Positions 1-8,177 of a DNA stretch of 46,411 nucleotides are shown piece after piece. This stretch comes from an uncultured Candidatus Saccharibacteria bacterium (GTDB lineage: Bacteria; Patescibacteriota; Minisyncoccia; UBA6257): the NCBI GenBank assembly GCA_964513365.1, contig CAZEMH010000002.1, forward strand, positions 1 to 46,411. Direction: 5' to 3'. The notes beneath the pieces are model-generated. The model worked only from the letters and a program-made list of their open reading frames with translations, ran no database searches and had not been told where the DNA came from. Numbering within the stretch: the first letter of the stretch is position 1; each line of letters opens with the position of its first letter. Made by a program: the position numbers and the translations under genes.

Positions 1-1
1 A

Positions 2-130
2 GATCCTGCAGATCCTGATGATTTTGATGAAGACACAGTTTCTCTTAAAACAGTTGAAGCTATCAATCTCCCATGGTGGAGAGAAATCATTCCTGTATTG
101 CCTGGGTTTTTCAGGGGGATTTGGAGGTAA
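2..130 (+). CDS. 3' end of an unidentified CDS entering from upstream of the window (...DPADPDDFDEDTVSLKTVEAINLPWWREIIPVLPGFFRGIWR*)
   Basis: Frame 2 is open from the window edge to TAA at 128-130 and is followed by a hairpin plus T-run. 42 aa is too short to assign a family. Confidence 0.35.
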   Translation, partial: DPADPDDFDEDTVSLKTVEAINLPWWREIIPVLPGFFRGIWR

Positions 131-168
131 ATACTTGACAAAATATTTTTCTTTGCTATACTAAAGAT

Positions 169-214
169 GCCGTTGTTTTGAGGAGCTTGCTCCAATGAAC
201 AGCGGCATTTTTTT
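169..214. terminator. Hairpin plus T-run between convergent genes (likely bidirectional intrinsic terminator)
   Basis: GCCGTTGTT (169-177) pairs with AACAGCGGC (198-206) with one G-T pair, followed by TTTTTTT at 208-214. It sits between the upstream + strand CDS and the argS 3' end. Confidence 0.5.
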
Positions 215-1943
215 ATATCTCTTTTAACACTTGTATTCCTAATATCTCTAATCCTTTTTGAAGAATATTAGCGATAGTTTTTAGAAGAATAAGCTGGGCA
301 TTTTGCCGGCTTTTATTTTTTTCTTTTAATACAGAGACACTTTCATAGTATTTGTTGGTTAAATCTGCCAATGACAAGAGATAAGTAGCTAAATAATTTG
401 GCGAGTATCTTGCAGCACTGATTTGAATTATTTCTGGAAAGTCAATTATTTTTTTGATGAGAGAAATTTCCAATTCATGAGTTAATAATTTACAATCATA
501 TTTTCCGATTTTTTTAGCTTTTGTGAGAATTTTATTTATACGGGCATAGGTATATTGAAGGTAAACACTGGTGTCTCCGGAAAAATCAAGCATTCTTTTC
601 CAGTCAAAGACAATATCAGAAGCGCGGAATGATTTTAGATCATTAAATTTCAAAGCTCCAAGAGCAATTGTTTGAGCTAATTCTTTTTGTTTCGACAATG
701 GCCATTGAGATTTTTTCTCTTTAATTATTTCTAATGACTTTTCAACTACTTGATTAATAACTTGTTCAAGAGGAATAATTTCCCCTTCCCTGGTAGAGAA
801 TTTTTTCTTTTCTTCTGATAACACTAAGCCAAATTTGATGTGAACCAATTCTGTTTTTTCCTTTGGAAAGATAATCTTTGATAGAGTAAAAAGTTGTTTA
901 AAATGTATATCTTGTTCATTGCCGACAACATAAAGAATTTTTGCAGGATGATATTTTTTAAAACGATATTTTAGTAAAGATAGATCACGAGTAAGGTATA
1001 AACTTGCTTCATCTGATTTTTGAATTAAGGCTGGTGGAAGGCCGTATTTTTCTAAGGGAATAATAAACGCTCCTTTACTCTTTTGCGCCAAATTCTTTTT
1101 TTTCAAAAGATTTATAAGCGGTATTAAATCTTTTTCAAAAAAACTTTCTCCTAAAAGAATATCAAATTTAATATTTAAAAGTTTATATATTCTTTCAAAC
1201 TCTTTTATTGATTCTTGTTTAAACCAGAGCCATAATCTTTTATTTTCTTTGTCGCCTTTTTCTAATTTTTTAAATTCTTCTTGTCCTAATTTTTCTAAAT
1301 CCGGATTATTCTTCATTTGCTCGTGAAATTTTATATATAATGCGAGAAGAGCTGGAATAGGATTTTTTTCTATTTCATTTTTCTTTCCCCATAGTTTATA
1401 AGCGGCAATTAATTTTCCAAATTGAGTTCCCCAGTCGCCAAGATAATTCCAGCGAATAATTTTATAACCTAATGCCTCGTACAAATTAGCCAATGTTTCT
1501 CCTATAATAGTTGAACGTAAATGTCCAATATGCATTGGCTTAGCAATATTAGGCGAAGAATAATCAATTATTATTATCTTATTCTTGCCTATTCTTGAAA
1601 TCCCAAATTTTGTTTTTTGTTTATAAATTATTTCTAATTCTTTTTGAATAAAATTTTTATGAATATAAAAATTAATAAATCCATTTTTTGCCAATTCTAT
1701 TTTTGTTATTTCTTTTGGCAATTTTTTCCGCATTTCTTTTACTAAAATTTTAGCTATTTCATGCGGGGATTTTTTGATATCTTTACTAATGGAAAAAGCT
1801 ATTGTTGTACTATAGTCCCCGTATTGCTCATTCTTTGGTATTTCTAATAAAACATTAGGAATAGAAGAAACAGACCATTTATTTTTTATAGCCGCCTTTT
1901 TACATGATTTTTGAATGAAGTTTCTGATTGTTTGTTTTAGCAT
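213..1943 (-). CDS. argS: Arginyl-tRNA synthetase
   Basis: Class I HIGH motif (PMHIGHLRST) and an ArgRS-type N-terminal region (YGDYSTTIAF). The ORF extends to 1994, but I prefer the internal start MLKQTIRNF (ATG 1943-1941) because the extra 17 codons overlap the uppP 3' end. Confidence 0.9.
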   Translation of the reverse strand: MLKQTIRNFIQKSCKKAAIKNKWSVSSIPNVLLEIPKNEQYGDYSTTIAFSISKDIKKSPHEIAKILVKEMRKKLPKEITKIELAKNGFINFYIHKNFIQKELEIIYKQKTKFGISRIGKNKIIIIDYSSPNIAKPMHIGHLRSTIIGETLANLYEALGYKIIRWNYLGDWGTQFGKLIAAYKLWGKKNEIEKNPIPALLALYIKFHEQMKNNPDLEKLGQEEFKKLEKGDKENKRLWLWFKQESIKEFERIYKLLNIKFDILLGESFFEKDLIPLINLLKKKNLAQKSKGAFIIPLEKYGLPPALIQKSDEASLYLTRDLSLLKYRFKKYHPAKILYVVGNEQDIHFKQLFTLSKIIFPKEKTELVHIKFGLVLSEEKKKFSTREGEIIPLEQVINQVVEKSLEIIKEKKSQWPLSKQKELAQTIALGALKFNDLKSFRASDIVFDWKRMLDFSGDTSVYLQYTYARINKILTKAKKIGKYDCKLLTHELEISLIKKIIDFPEIIQISAARYSPNYLATYLLSLADLTNKYYESVSVLKEKNKSRQNAQLILLKTIANILQKGLEILGIQVLKEI

Positions 1944-2689
1944 ACTTCTATTAAGATTACCATGCTTAAGATTATTAAATAAAGAGAGAACCAAAAATAT
2001 TTTCCTCTTTTTAATATTCTTTCTAAGATTTTTAAACTAATAATTCCTACAAAGAATGAAATTAACATTCCTATTCCGCCTAATAAATAACTATTTTTTC
2101 CTTGTTGTATCAAGGCAGGTAATTGTAAAATAACGGCTCCAGAAATAACAGGAAGAGCCAAAAGAAAAGAAAACCTGTAAGCAATTTCCGGTTTTAATTT
2201 TCTTAATAATCCCGCAGAAATAGTAAAACCAGAACGGGAAATTCCTGGGAAAAGGGCAGCTGATTGAGCAATCCCTATTATTAGAGCGTCAGACCAAGAT
2301 ATAGTATCTTTTTGGGCTTTTGAAAATTTAGTTACTAAAAGAAATAAGCCGGTAATTAGAAAAGACAATCCTATAAATTTTAAAGAAAAGAATGATGATT
2401 CAATTTTTGTTTGAAAGAAAAAACCAAAAACTGCAGCTGGAATTGTTCCAATGATAATGAGTTTAATTAATTTCCAGTTTCTATTATAGAATATTTTCTT
2501 AATTTCTTGCCAGAATACTGCTAATATTGCTCCTAATGTTCCAAAATGAAGAAGTACGTTAAAAGTTATTGAAGTTTTTGGCAAATTCCAGAGGATTTGC
2601 AGTACAGCTAAATGACCAGAACTGGAAATTGGTAAAAACTCAGTTATACCCTGAGTAATAGCTAAAATAATTGCTTGGAATATGTTCAT
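1937..2689 (-). CDS. uppP: Undecaprenyl-diphosphate phosphatase (BacA/UppP)
   Basis: 250-aa polytopic membrane protein with the N-terminal signature GITEFLPISSSGHL and a second PGISRSG motif. Confidence 0.9.
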   Translation of the reverse strand: MNIFQAIILAITQGITEFLPISSSGHLAVLQILWNLPKTSITFNVLLHFGTLGAILAVFWQEIKKIFYNRNWKLIKLIIIGTIPAAVFGFFFQTKIESSFFSLKFIGLSFLITGLFLLVTKFSKAQKDTISWSDALIIGIAQSAALFPGISRSGFTISAGLLRKLKPEIAYRFSFLLALPVISGAVILQLPALIQQGKNSYLLGGIGMLISFFVGIISLKILERILKRGKYFWFSLYLIILSMVILIEVC

Positions 2690-2701
2690 AATATTTATTT
2701 G

Positions 2702-2774
2702 TCAGGCCGGAGGGACTCGCACCCTCGATCTCCACAGCCCGAGTGTGGCGCCTTAGCTACTAGGCCACGGCCTG
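2702..2774 (-). tRNA. tRNA-Pro(CGG)
   Basis: Hand-folded cloverleaf. Acceptor CAGGCCG/CGGCCTG (C1-G72, A73), D stem GCCT/AGGC, anticodon stem CCACA/TGTGG, loop CTCGGGC, T arm GAGGG-TGCGAGT-CCCTC. No encoded CCA. Confidence 0.85.
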
Positions 2775-2777
2775 ATT

Positions 2778-4307
2778 TTAATTTACCCAGTACTTTTTTT
2801 TAATTTCTTTCTCATTTTCTTCTAGAAGGTGTTTGTATTTTTCTTGGGCTATTTTTTGTTTTTTCTTTAATTCATTTTCAGGAAGCTGGTTTAATTTTTT
2901 TGCCTCTTTTTCTAATTGTTTTTTTCTATTTTTTTTTGGATCATCTAATACTTGCTCTAATAAAATACTTAAAATTGCTCCAATTTTAGGACTTGGCTCA
3001 ATATGCAATGTTTTAATTATATCACTCCCATTGATTTTTAATATTTTTAAAGATGGCTGTTGCCCTTCTAATTCTTTTAATACTTTTTCTACCCGGAATA
3101 AAAAGTGGCGAAGGCGAAAAGGTAGAGCTTTGGGGCAACCTGATCCTATTCTATCAGCTTCTCTTACCTGGGCTAATTCCTGGATATTTTCTTTTCCGAT
3201 TTTAACTAATAATCTGCGTATGGCAGCGTCTGTAGTAATTTCTGGTTCATAAACAAAACCATGGCAACGCACTAACTTAATAATTTTTTCTGCTTTATCC
3301 TTAGGAAATTTTAAACGATTTAAAATACGGGCTGTAATTTTTGCTCCCTGCCATTCATGGTTGTAAAAAGTAGAATCTATACCCTCTCCTTCCTTAGTAT
3401 ATGGTTTTCCAATATCGTGGAATAAACTAGCCAATCTTACTTCTAAGCCATATTTTTTTTTGCAAGCATAATCCAAAGATCGCCAAGCATGTTCCCAAAC
3501 AGTATAAATATGATGCTTATTTTGAGTTACTCCAATGCCTTTTTCTAATTCCGGAATAATTTCTTTTAACAGATCATTTTCTTGTAAAAGAAAAATTCCC
3601 TTGACAGCTTGCGGAGAATTAATAATTTTAATAAATTCATCACGAATCCTTTCTTTGGAAATAAAACTAAGAAGAGAAGCATTATTTTTTATGGCCTTTA
3701 ATGTTTGCGGCTCTATTTGAAAATTTAATTCACAGGCAAAACGAATAGCTCGCATTAAGCGCAAACCATCTTCAGAAAATCGTTCATTTGGGTTTCCTAC
3801 TGCTCTGATAAGTTTTTTTTGTAGGTCTTTTTGTCCATTAAAAGGATCAATAATTTTATAACTTGTGGCTGACAACTTATAATTTCTTTCTTTAATTTTA
3901 AGTTTTAAGTTTTGTGTTTTAAGACAAAGAGCCATTGCGTTAACAGTAAAATCACGGCGACTTAAATCCTCTTCAATTGTTTCAGCAAATTCTATTTTGT
4001 CGGGATGGCGCTTATCACTGTATTTTCCTTCTTTTCTAAAAGTAGTAACTTCAATGGTTTTTAAATCTGGGTCTTTTGAATCAGTTTTTATTAAAACAGT
4101 ACCAAATTCATTTTCATAAACGCTCTCAGGGAAGAGTTTTTGAATTTGCTTAGGTGAGGCATTCGTAGTAATATCCCAATCTTTTGGCTTTATAACCGAT
4201 TGGTTTTGTAAAATAGAATCACGAACACATCCACCAACAATATATGCTTCAAAATCAGCTTGATTAAGTTTTTTTATTATTTCTAATACTTCTAAAGGTA
4301 TTTGCAT
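2778..4307 (-). CDS. cca: CCA-adding tRNA nucleotidyltransferase with HD domain
   Basis: N-terminal polymerase-beta-type nucleotidyltransferase motif (AYIVGGCVRDSIL), a tRNA-NT RNA-binding region, an HD motif (LFHDIGKP) and a lysine-rich C-terminus. Confidence 0.85.
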   Translation of the reverse strand: MQIPLEVLEIIKKLNQADFEAYIVGGCVRDSILQNQSVIKPKDWDITTNASPKQIQKLFPESVYENEFGTVLIKTDSKDPDLKTIEVTTFRKEGKYSDKRHPDKIEFAETIEEDLSRRDFTVNAMALCLKTQNLKLKIKERNYKLSATSYKIIDPFNGQKDLQKKLIRAVGNPNERFSEDGLRLMRAIRFACELNFQIEPQTLKAIKNNASLLSFISKERIRDEFIKIINSPQAVKGIFLLQENDLLKEIIPELEKGIGVTQNKHHIYTVWEHAWRSLDYACKKKYGLEVRLASLFHDIGKPYTKEGEGIDSTFYNHEWQGAKITARILNRLKFPKDKAEKIIKLVRCHGFVYEPEITTDAAIRRLLVKIGKENIQELAQVREADRIGSGCPKALPFRLRHFLFRVEKVLKELEGQQPSLKILKINGSDIIKTLHIEPSPKIGAILSILLEQVLDDPKKNRKKQLEKEAKKLNQLPENELKKKQKIAQEKYKHLLEENEKEIKKKYWVN

Positions 4308-4384
4308 ATTTATAGCTTTTTTACTATACTTTGAAAGTTCGCCTGCTTCTTATCATAAAGCAAAACAGCTTTTTTTTCAATCAT

Positions 4385-4458
4385 GCCCTCGTAGCTCAAC
4401 TGGATAGAGTGTGTGGCTTCGAACCACAAGGTTGCAGGTTCGAGTCCTGCCGAGGGCA
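4385..4458 (+). tRNA. tRNA-Arg(TCG)
   Basis: Acceptor GCCCTCG/CGAGGGC, anticodon stem TGTGG/CCACA, loop CTTCGAA, T arm GCAGG-TTCGAGT-CCTGC. No CCA. Confidence 0.85.
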
Positions 4459-4475
4459 CAATATAAATTATTTAA

Positions 4476-4546
4476 GCCCCCATAACTCAACGGCAGAGTA
4501 GTGGCCTCTTAAGCCATTAATCCAGGTTCGAATCCTGGTGGGGGCA
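4476..4546 (+). tRNA. tRNA-Lys(CTT)
   Basis: Acceptor GCCCCCA/TGGGGGC, anticodon stem GTGGC/GCCAT, loop CTCTTAA, T arm CCAGG-TTCGAAT-CCTGG. No CCA. Confidence 0.85.
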
Positions 4547-4558
4547 CAAATCTTTTTT

Positions 4559-4643
4559 GGAGGGGTGGCAGAATGGTAATGCGCCAGTCTTGAAAACTGG
4601 TGCCCGCAAGGGCTTGCAGGTTCGAGTCCTGTCCCCTCCGCCA
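4559..4643 (+). tRNA. tRNA-Ser(TGA), type II with long variable arm, CCA encoded
   Basis: Acceptor GGAGGGG/CCCCTCC, anticodon stem CCAGT/ACTGG, loop CTTGAAA, 15-nt variable arm, T arm GCAGG-TTCGAGT-CCTGT, G73 then CCA at 4641-4643. Confidence 0.85.
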
Positions 4644-4654
4644 TATTTATTAAT

Positions 4655-6133
4655 ATGAAAGATAAAAACAAACAATTAGGCTTAGTTTCACGTCCTCCGA
4701 TTATTGTTGTTTTGGGCCATGTAGATCATGGCAAGACAAGCCTTTTGGATTATATTAAAAAAACAAAAATTGCTGAAAAGGAATCAGGTGGAATTACTCA
4801 ACATATTGGAGCTTATGAAATAGAGATAAAAGGCAAAAAGATTACATTTATCGATACTCCCGGACATGAAGCATTTTCTAAAATTCGTTCACGCGGAGCA
4901 AGGGTCGCTGATATTGCTATTTTAGTAGTTGCTGCTGACGAAGGAGTAAAACAACAGACTAAAGAATCGTTAAAAGATATATCAGAGGCACAAATTCCTT
5001 TTATTGTTGCGATTACCAAAATTGATAAAGAGGGAGCTAATTTAGAAAAGGTAAAAAATGAATTATCTGAAGCGGGAGTATTATTAGAAGGCCGTGGCGG
5101 CGATGTTCCTTTTATTGGCATTTCTTCAAAAACAGGACAAGGCATTGATGAATTTTTAGAACTTATTCTTTTATTATCAGAGATGCAAGAATTAAAAGCT
5201 AATCCAAATAATCAAGCTTCAGGTGTTGTAATAGAATCTCATTTAGATCGTTTTAGAGGAAATACAGCAAGTTTAATTATTATTGATGGCACTCTTCATA
5301 TTAGAGATAATATAAAAGCAGATCAGATCGGAGGGAAAGTGAAAATTTTAGAAAATTTTCAAGGAAAAGCTATTTCTGAAGCAACTTTTTCTTCTCCAGT
5401 AAAAGTGCTTGGTTTTGAAAAGCCAGTACCAGTAGGCGCAAAGTTTTTAGCTGGTGACACAAGAGGAAAAACAGCTGATTTGATTGAAGAGCCAAGAGAA
5501 ATTGGCAAAGGATTAGGAAATAAGGATTCAAAAATTAAAATCCCAATTATTATAAAAAGCGACACATCTGGTTCAGGCGAAGCATTAGAACAAATCATAG
5601 CGCAAATAGGAGAAAAAAATAATTGGTTTTTTTTGCTGTTAAAAAATGAAACCGGTGATGTTTGTGAAAGTGATTTTAAAATAATTCCATCAGGAAAAAC
5701 CATTATTATATGTTTTCGGGTTAAAAAGAGACCAGAGGTAAATAATATTCTTCTATTTAATAAAAATTTATTATTAATTAAAGGAGATATTATCTATGAA
5801 ATTGAAGATAAAATTAAAGAATTAGTGGAGAATGAGTTTATAAAAAAACCAACAGAAGAAATTCTTGGAAAATTAGAGGTTTTAGCTATTTTCAATCCCG
5901 TAAAAGGCAATCAGTTAATAGGAGGAAAGGTTGTTGAAGGTAAAATTCAAAATAAAATTCGCTTTCGTTTATTACGTAAAGAAGAAATAATTAACCAAGG
6001 TAAAGTTTTAAATTTGCAAAAAAACAAGACAGATATTTCTAATATTAACACAGGTGAAGAATGTGGATTAGTAGTTGATTGTTCAGAACAGATAAAAAAA
6101 GGAGATTTGCTTGTATTTTTCAGAAAAATTTAA
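4655..6133 (+). CDS. infB: Translation initiation factor IF-2 (short form lacking the long N-terminal region)
   Basis: The GTPase domain starts about 15 aa from the N-terminus (VVLGHVDHGKTSLLD, DTPGHEAF, TKIDK), followed by IF-2 domains II-IV. Only 492 aa. Confidence 0.9.
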   Translation: MKDKNKQLGLVSRPPIIVVLGHVDHGKTSLLDYIKKTKIAEKESGGITQHIGAYEIEIKGKKITFIDTPGHEAFSKIRSRGARVADIAILVVAADEGVKQQTKESLKDISEAQIPFIVAITKIDKEGANLEKVKNELSEAGVLLEGRGGDVPFIGISSKTGQGIDEFLELILLLSEMQELKANPNNQASGVVIESHLDRFRGNTASLIIIDGTLHIRDNIKADQIGGKVKILENFQGKAISEATFSSPVKVLGFEKPVPVGAKFLAGDTRGKTADLIEEPREIGKGLGNKDSKIKIPIIIKSDTSGSGEALEQIIAQIGEKNNWFFLLLKNETGDVCESDFKIIPSGKTIIICFRVKKRPEVNNILLFNKNLLLIKGDIIYEIEDKIKELVENEFIKKPTEEILGKLEVLAIFNPVKGNQLIGGKVVEGKIQNKIRFRLLRKEEIINQGKVLNLQKNKTDISNINTGEECGLVVDCSEQIKKGDLLVFFRKI

Positions 6134-6148
6134 TATGATTATATTAAT

Positions 6149-6220
6149 GGCCTAGTGGCGAAGTGGTAACGCGACTGTCTGCAAAACAGTTATGCGTCGG
6201 TTCGAATCCGACCTAGGCCT
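6149..6220 (+). tRNA. tRNA-Cys(GCA)
   Basis: Acceptor GGCCTAG/CTAGGCC, anticodon stem ACTGT/ACAGT, loop CTGCAAA, T arm GTCGG-TTCGAAT-CCGAC, T73. No CCA. Confidence 0.85.
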
Positions 6221-6225
6221 CTTCT

Positions 6226-6308
6226 GCCCAGGTGGCGGAACGGTTTACGCGGAGGACTTAAAATCCTTGACTCTTTAGAGTTTGTGGGTTCGAATCCCAC
6301 CCTGGGCA
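6226..6308 (+). tRNA. tRNA-Leu(TAA), type II
   Basis: Acceptor GCCCAGG/CCTGGGC, anticodon stem GAGGA/TCCTT, loop CTTAAAA, 15-nt variable arm, T arm GTGGG-TTCGAAT-CCCAC. Uninterrupted, with no intron. Confidence 0.85.
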
Positions 6309-6324
6309 CTGTAATTATAATATC

Positions 6325-7083
6325 TTGATAAAAATGGGGAATATATTTACTAAAGCCATTAATTCTCATTTCTTTAGAACATGGAATTCAAAAATGAGTT
6401 ATGTTTTGGGTTATATCACAGCCGATGGATGTATAGCTACCGATAGAAGAAGGAAAAATAACCCCCTTACTTTAAACATAACCTCTGTGGAAAAGAAACA
6501 TCTATATAGAATCAGAAAAGCACTTAATTCCACCCATAAAATTAGTAAAAAACCAGGAGGATATTCTAATATAGCTTATCAATTTCAGGCTCGCAATCCG
6601 ATTATCACCCAAGATTTAATAAAGTTAGGTATTTTACCTAGAAAAAGTCATAATTTAGGACCGATTAAGGTTCCGAATAAATATTTTTCTGATTTTGTTC
6701 GTGGATTTTTTGATGGAGACGGAACAGTTTATATTTATAAAGTTAATGGAACGCCACAAATTAAAGCTGGTTTTGTATGTTCAAGCTTGTCTTTTATAAC
6801 AAGATTTAATCAGCAACTTTGCAAAAGTCTTAATATTTCTACAAAATCTATCCATCAGACAGTTGATAAGCGGAAAAATAGGATGACTCAATATAGTATT
6901 TATTTTTATGTTGATGATTGTGAAAAATTAGCTAATTTTATGTACGAGAATAGTTCAGTTTTATTTCTTCCTCGTAAACATAAAATCTTTAAAAAATGGG
7001 AGTCAATAAAAAGACGACATTATGTAAAACAAAATTATCCTTCAAAAGTTGGCTGGCGATTAAATGAAAAAGTTATTGCTTAA
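6325..7083 (+). CDS. Free-standing double-motif LAGLIDADG homing endonuclease
   Basis: Two LAGLIDADG-type motifs (YVLGYITADGCI and FVRGFFDGDGTV) about 100 aa apart. The ORF track starts at TTG 6325; ATG 6334 is an equally plausible start. Confidence 0.8.
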   Translation: MIKMGNIFTKAINSHFFRTWNSKMSYVLGYITADGCIATDRRRKNNPLTLNITSVEKKHLYRIRKALNSTHKISKKPGGYSNIAYQFQARNPIITQDLIKLGILPRKSHNLGPIKVPNKYFSDFVRGFFDGDGTVYIYKVNGTPQIKAGFVCSSLSFITRFNQQLCKSLNISTKSIHQTVDKRKNRMTQYSIYFYVDDCEKLANFMYENSSVLFLPRKHKIFKKWESIKRRHYVKQNYPSKVGWRLNEKVIA

Positions 7084-7157
7084 AAAATATCAAAAAATTA
7101 GCAATTATTCATTAAAAATTCGTCGCCAAAGCAAGATTTGAAATTATATAAAGATAC

Positions 7158-7190
7158 AAAAACACCCTACTGAATAGCAGGGTGTTTTTA
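7158..7190. terminator. Bidirectional intrinsic terminator between convergent genes
   Basis: AAAAACACCCT...AGGGTGTTTTT. Stem CACCCT (7163-7168) pairs with AGGGTG (7179-7184), flanked by an A-run and a T-run. Confidence 0.6.
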
Positions 7191-7216
7191 ATTATTTTAT
7201 TACTAGCAAGAGATGA

Positions 7217-7723
7217 TTATTCTAATATTTCCATTATTGTTTCTTTTATACCAAATTCTTCAGCTGATTTTCTGTCAGCAAACCAAATATCTACTCTTGA
7301 ATTAGTAAAACGCTCGTGCATTCTATCGTCTACTGTAAAGATTTTATCTCTGAACAGTTTAGGAAATCTTACTTTTGTTCCAAATGGTAAAAAATTAGAA
7401 GCAACAATTCCGTCATAAACCCACTCGCCAGAAGCAGTAATAAACGGAGAATCATCTGTTTGGTCAGGAGTAGAAGAATATGCTGTTACAGTAACTTTTT
7501 CTATTGTTTGAACTATAGATTGAGGAGAATTTATTGTTGTAAAGAAAGTATCATTTGAATTATAATATTTTTCATTATCATTACTAACAGCCTCTTGTTG
7601 GGAGTTGTTAATAATAGTGGATGGCGATCCTTCTACTAATAAATCTGACCAAGGACTAAATAAACTGAAGCATAAGACAGCAGAGAAAATCCCGATTTTT
7701 GTAGCTTTATTTAGAATATCCAT
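7217..7723 (-). CDS. Secreted 3D-domain protein (MltA/RlpA-like double-psi beta-barrel, cell-wall associated)
   Basis: N-terminal signal/TM segment, and a C-terminal VTAYSSTPDQTDDSPFITASG...TVDDRMHERF...VDIWF pattern typical of 3D (Asp-Asp-Asp) domains. Confidence 0.7.
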   Translation of the reverse strand: MDILNKATKIGIFSAVLCFSLFSPWSDLLVEGSPSTIINNSQQEAVSNDNEKYYNSNDTFFTTINSPQSIVQTIEKVTVTAYSSTPDQTDDSPFITASGEWVYDGIVASNFLPFGTKVRFPKLFRDKIFTVDDRMHERFTNSRVDIWFADRKSAEEFGIKETIMEILE

Positions 7724-7773
7724 ATTTTTTTTATTTTCGCATTAAAAAACTCCCTTTTCGGGAGACTTTTAAA

Positions 7774-7801
7774 ATTGTAGCATATATATAATTTTTGTCA
7801 A
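7774..7801 (-). promoter_or_regulatory. Sigma70-type promoter for the 3D-domain gene
   Basis: On the minus strand: TTGACA (7801-7796), 16-nt spacer, TACAAT (7779-7774). Confidence 0.55.
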
Positions 7802-8017
7802 GAGTAAAGTTGCATTTTTTACTTCTTTAAGATAAACTTATATTATGTTGATATCTGTTATTTTGTTTGTGTAGCTTGAATAGTATGCTGTCTATTTTTT
7901 AAAATGCCATAATTTAAAGACAGAATAATAATATTTTTTTGAAAATTCTTATCATTTTTATGCCCAGCATTTATATGATAGAATAACTGAAGATTGAATA
8001 AATAAAAATAAATATTT

Positions 8018-8103
8018 GGAGGAGTCGCATAATGGTATTGCAGGAGATTGCTAATCTCTAACGGTGTAAAAGCCGTTTGCGGGTTCGAATCCCGCCTCCT
8101 CCG
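8018..8103 (+). tRNA. tRNA-Ser(GCT), type II
   Basis: Acceptor GGAGGAG/CTCCTCC, anticodon stem GGAGA/TCTCT, loop TTGCTAA, 19-nt variable arm, T arm GCGGG-TTCGAAT-CCCGC, G73. No CCA. Confidence 0.85.
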
Positions 8104-8111
8104 CTAATCAC

Positions 8112-8132
8112 AGCCTTTTAAAAGGGCTTTTT
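8112..8132 (+). terminator. Intrinsic terminator after tRNA-Ser(GCT)
   Basis: AGCCTTT/AAAGGGCT hairpin followed by TTTTT. Confidence 0.5.
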
Positions 8133-8142
8133 ATTTTTAATA

Positions 8143-8171
8143 TTGCTTTAATAAAAAGATTATGATAATAT
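8143..8171 (+). promoter_or_regulatory. Promoter of rpsO (extended -10), predicting a leaderless transcript
   Basis: TTGCTT (8143-8148), 17-nt spacer ending in TGa, TAATAT (8166-8171). The rpsO ATG begins 7 nt downstream at 8178. Confidence 0.45.
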
Positions 8172-8177
8172 AAAAAT

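Noticed and set aside
1944-1994. 17-codon N-terminal extension of argS.
   Set aside because: It overlaps the 3' end of uppP. With the MLKQ start, the spacing to the conserved GDYST motif matches typical ArgRS proteins.
2833-3252. 139-aa antisense ORF inside cca. The same reasoning covers the similar short ORFs at 3535-3720, 4813-5145, 5359-5703, 7182-7418, 8108-8296, 9864-10133, 10091-10333, 10633-10851, 11462-11653, 13772-14074, 16266-16448, 16409-16660, 17887-18126, 18722-18925, 21636-21848, 31257-31460, 37801-37986, 37899-38081, 38160-38345, 38640-38864, 43336-43641 and 45609-45809.
   Set aside because: All are embedded in, or antisense to, strongly supported conserved genes. They show low-complexity composition and have no independent signals.
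4468-4671. 67-aa ORF on the - strand.
   Set aside because: It is antisense to tRNA-Lys and tRNA-Ser(TGA) and overlaps the infB start. It has no coding signal of its own.
6226-7083. Possibility that the LAGLIDADG gene belongs to a group I intron in tRNA-Leu(UAA), the classic bacterial intron host.
   Set aside because: tRNA-Leu(TAA) at 6226-6308 is uninterrupted and folds canonically. The endonuclease ORF lies entirely downstream of it.
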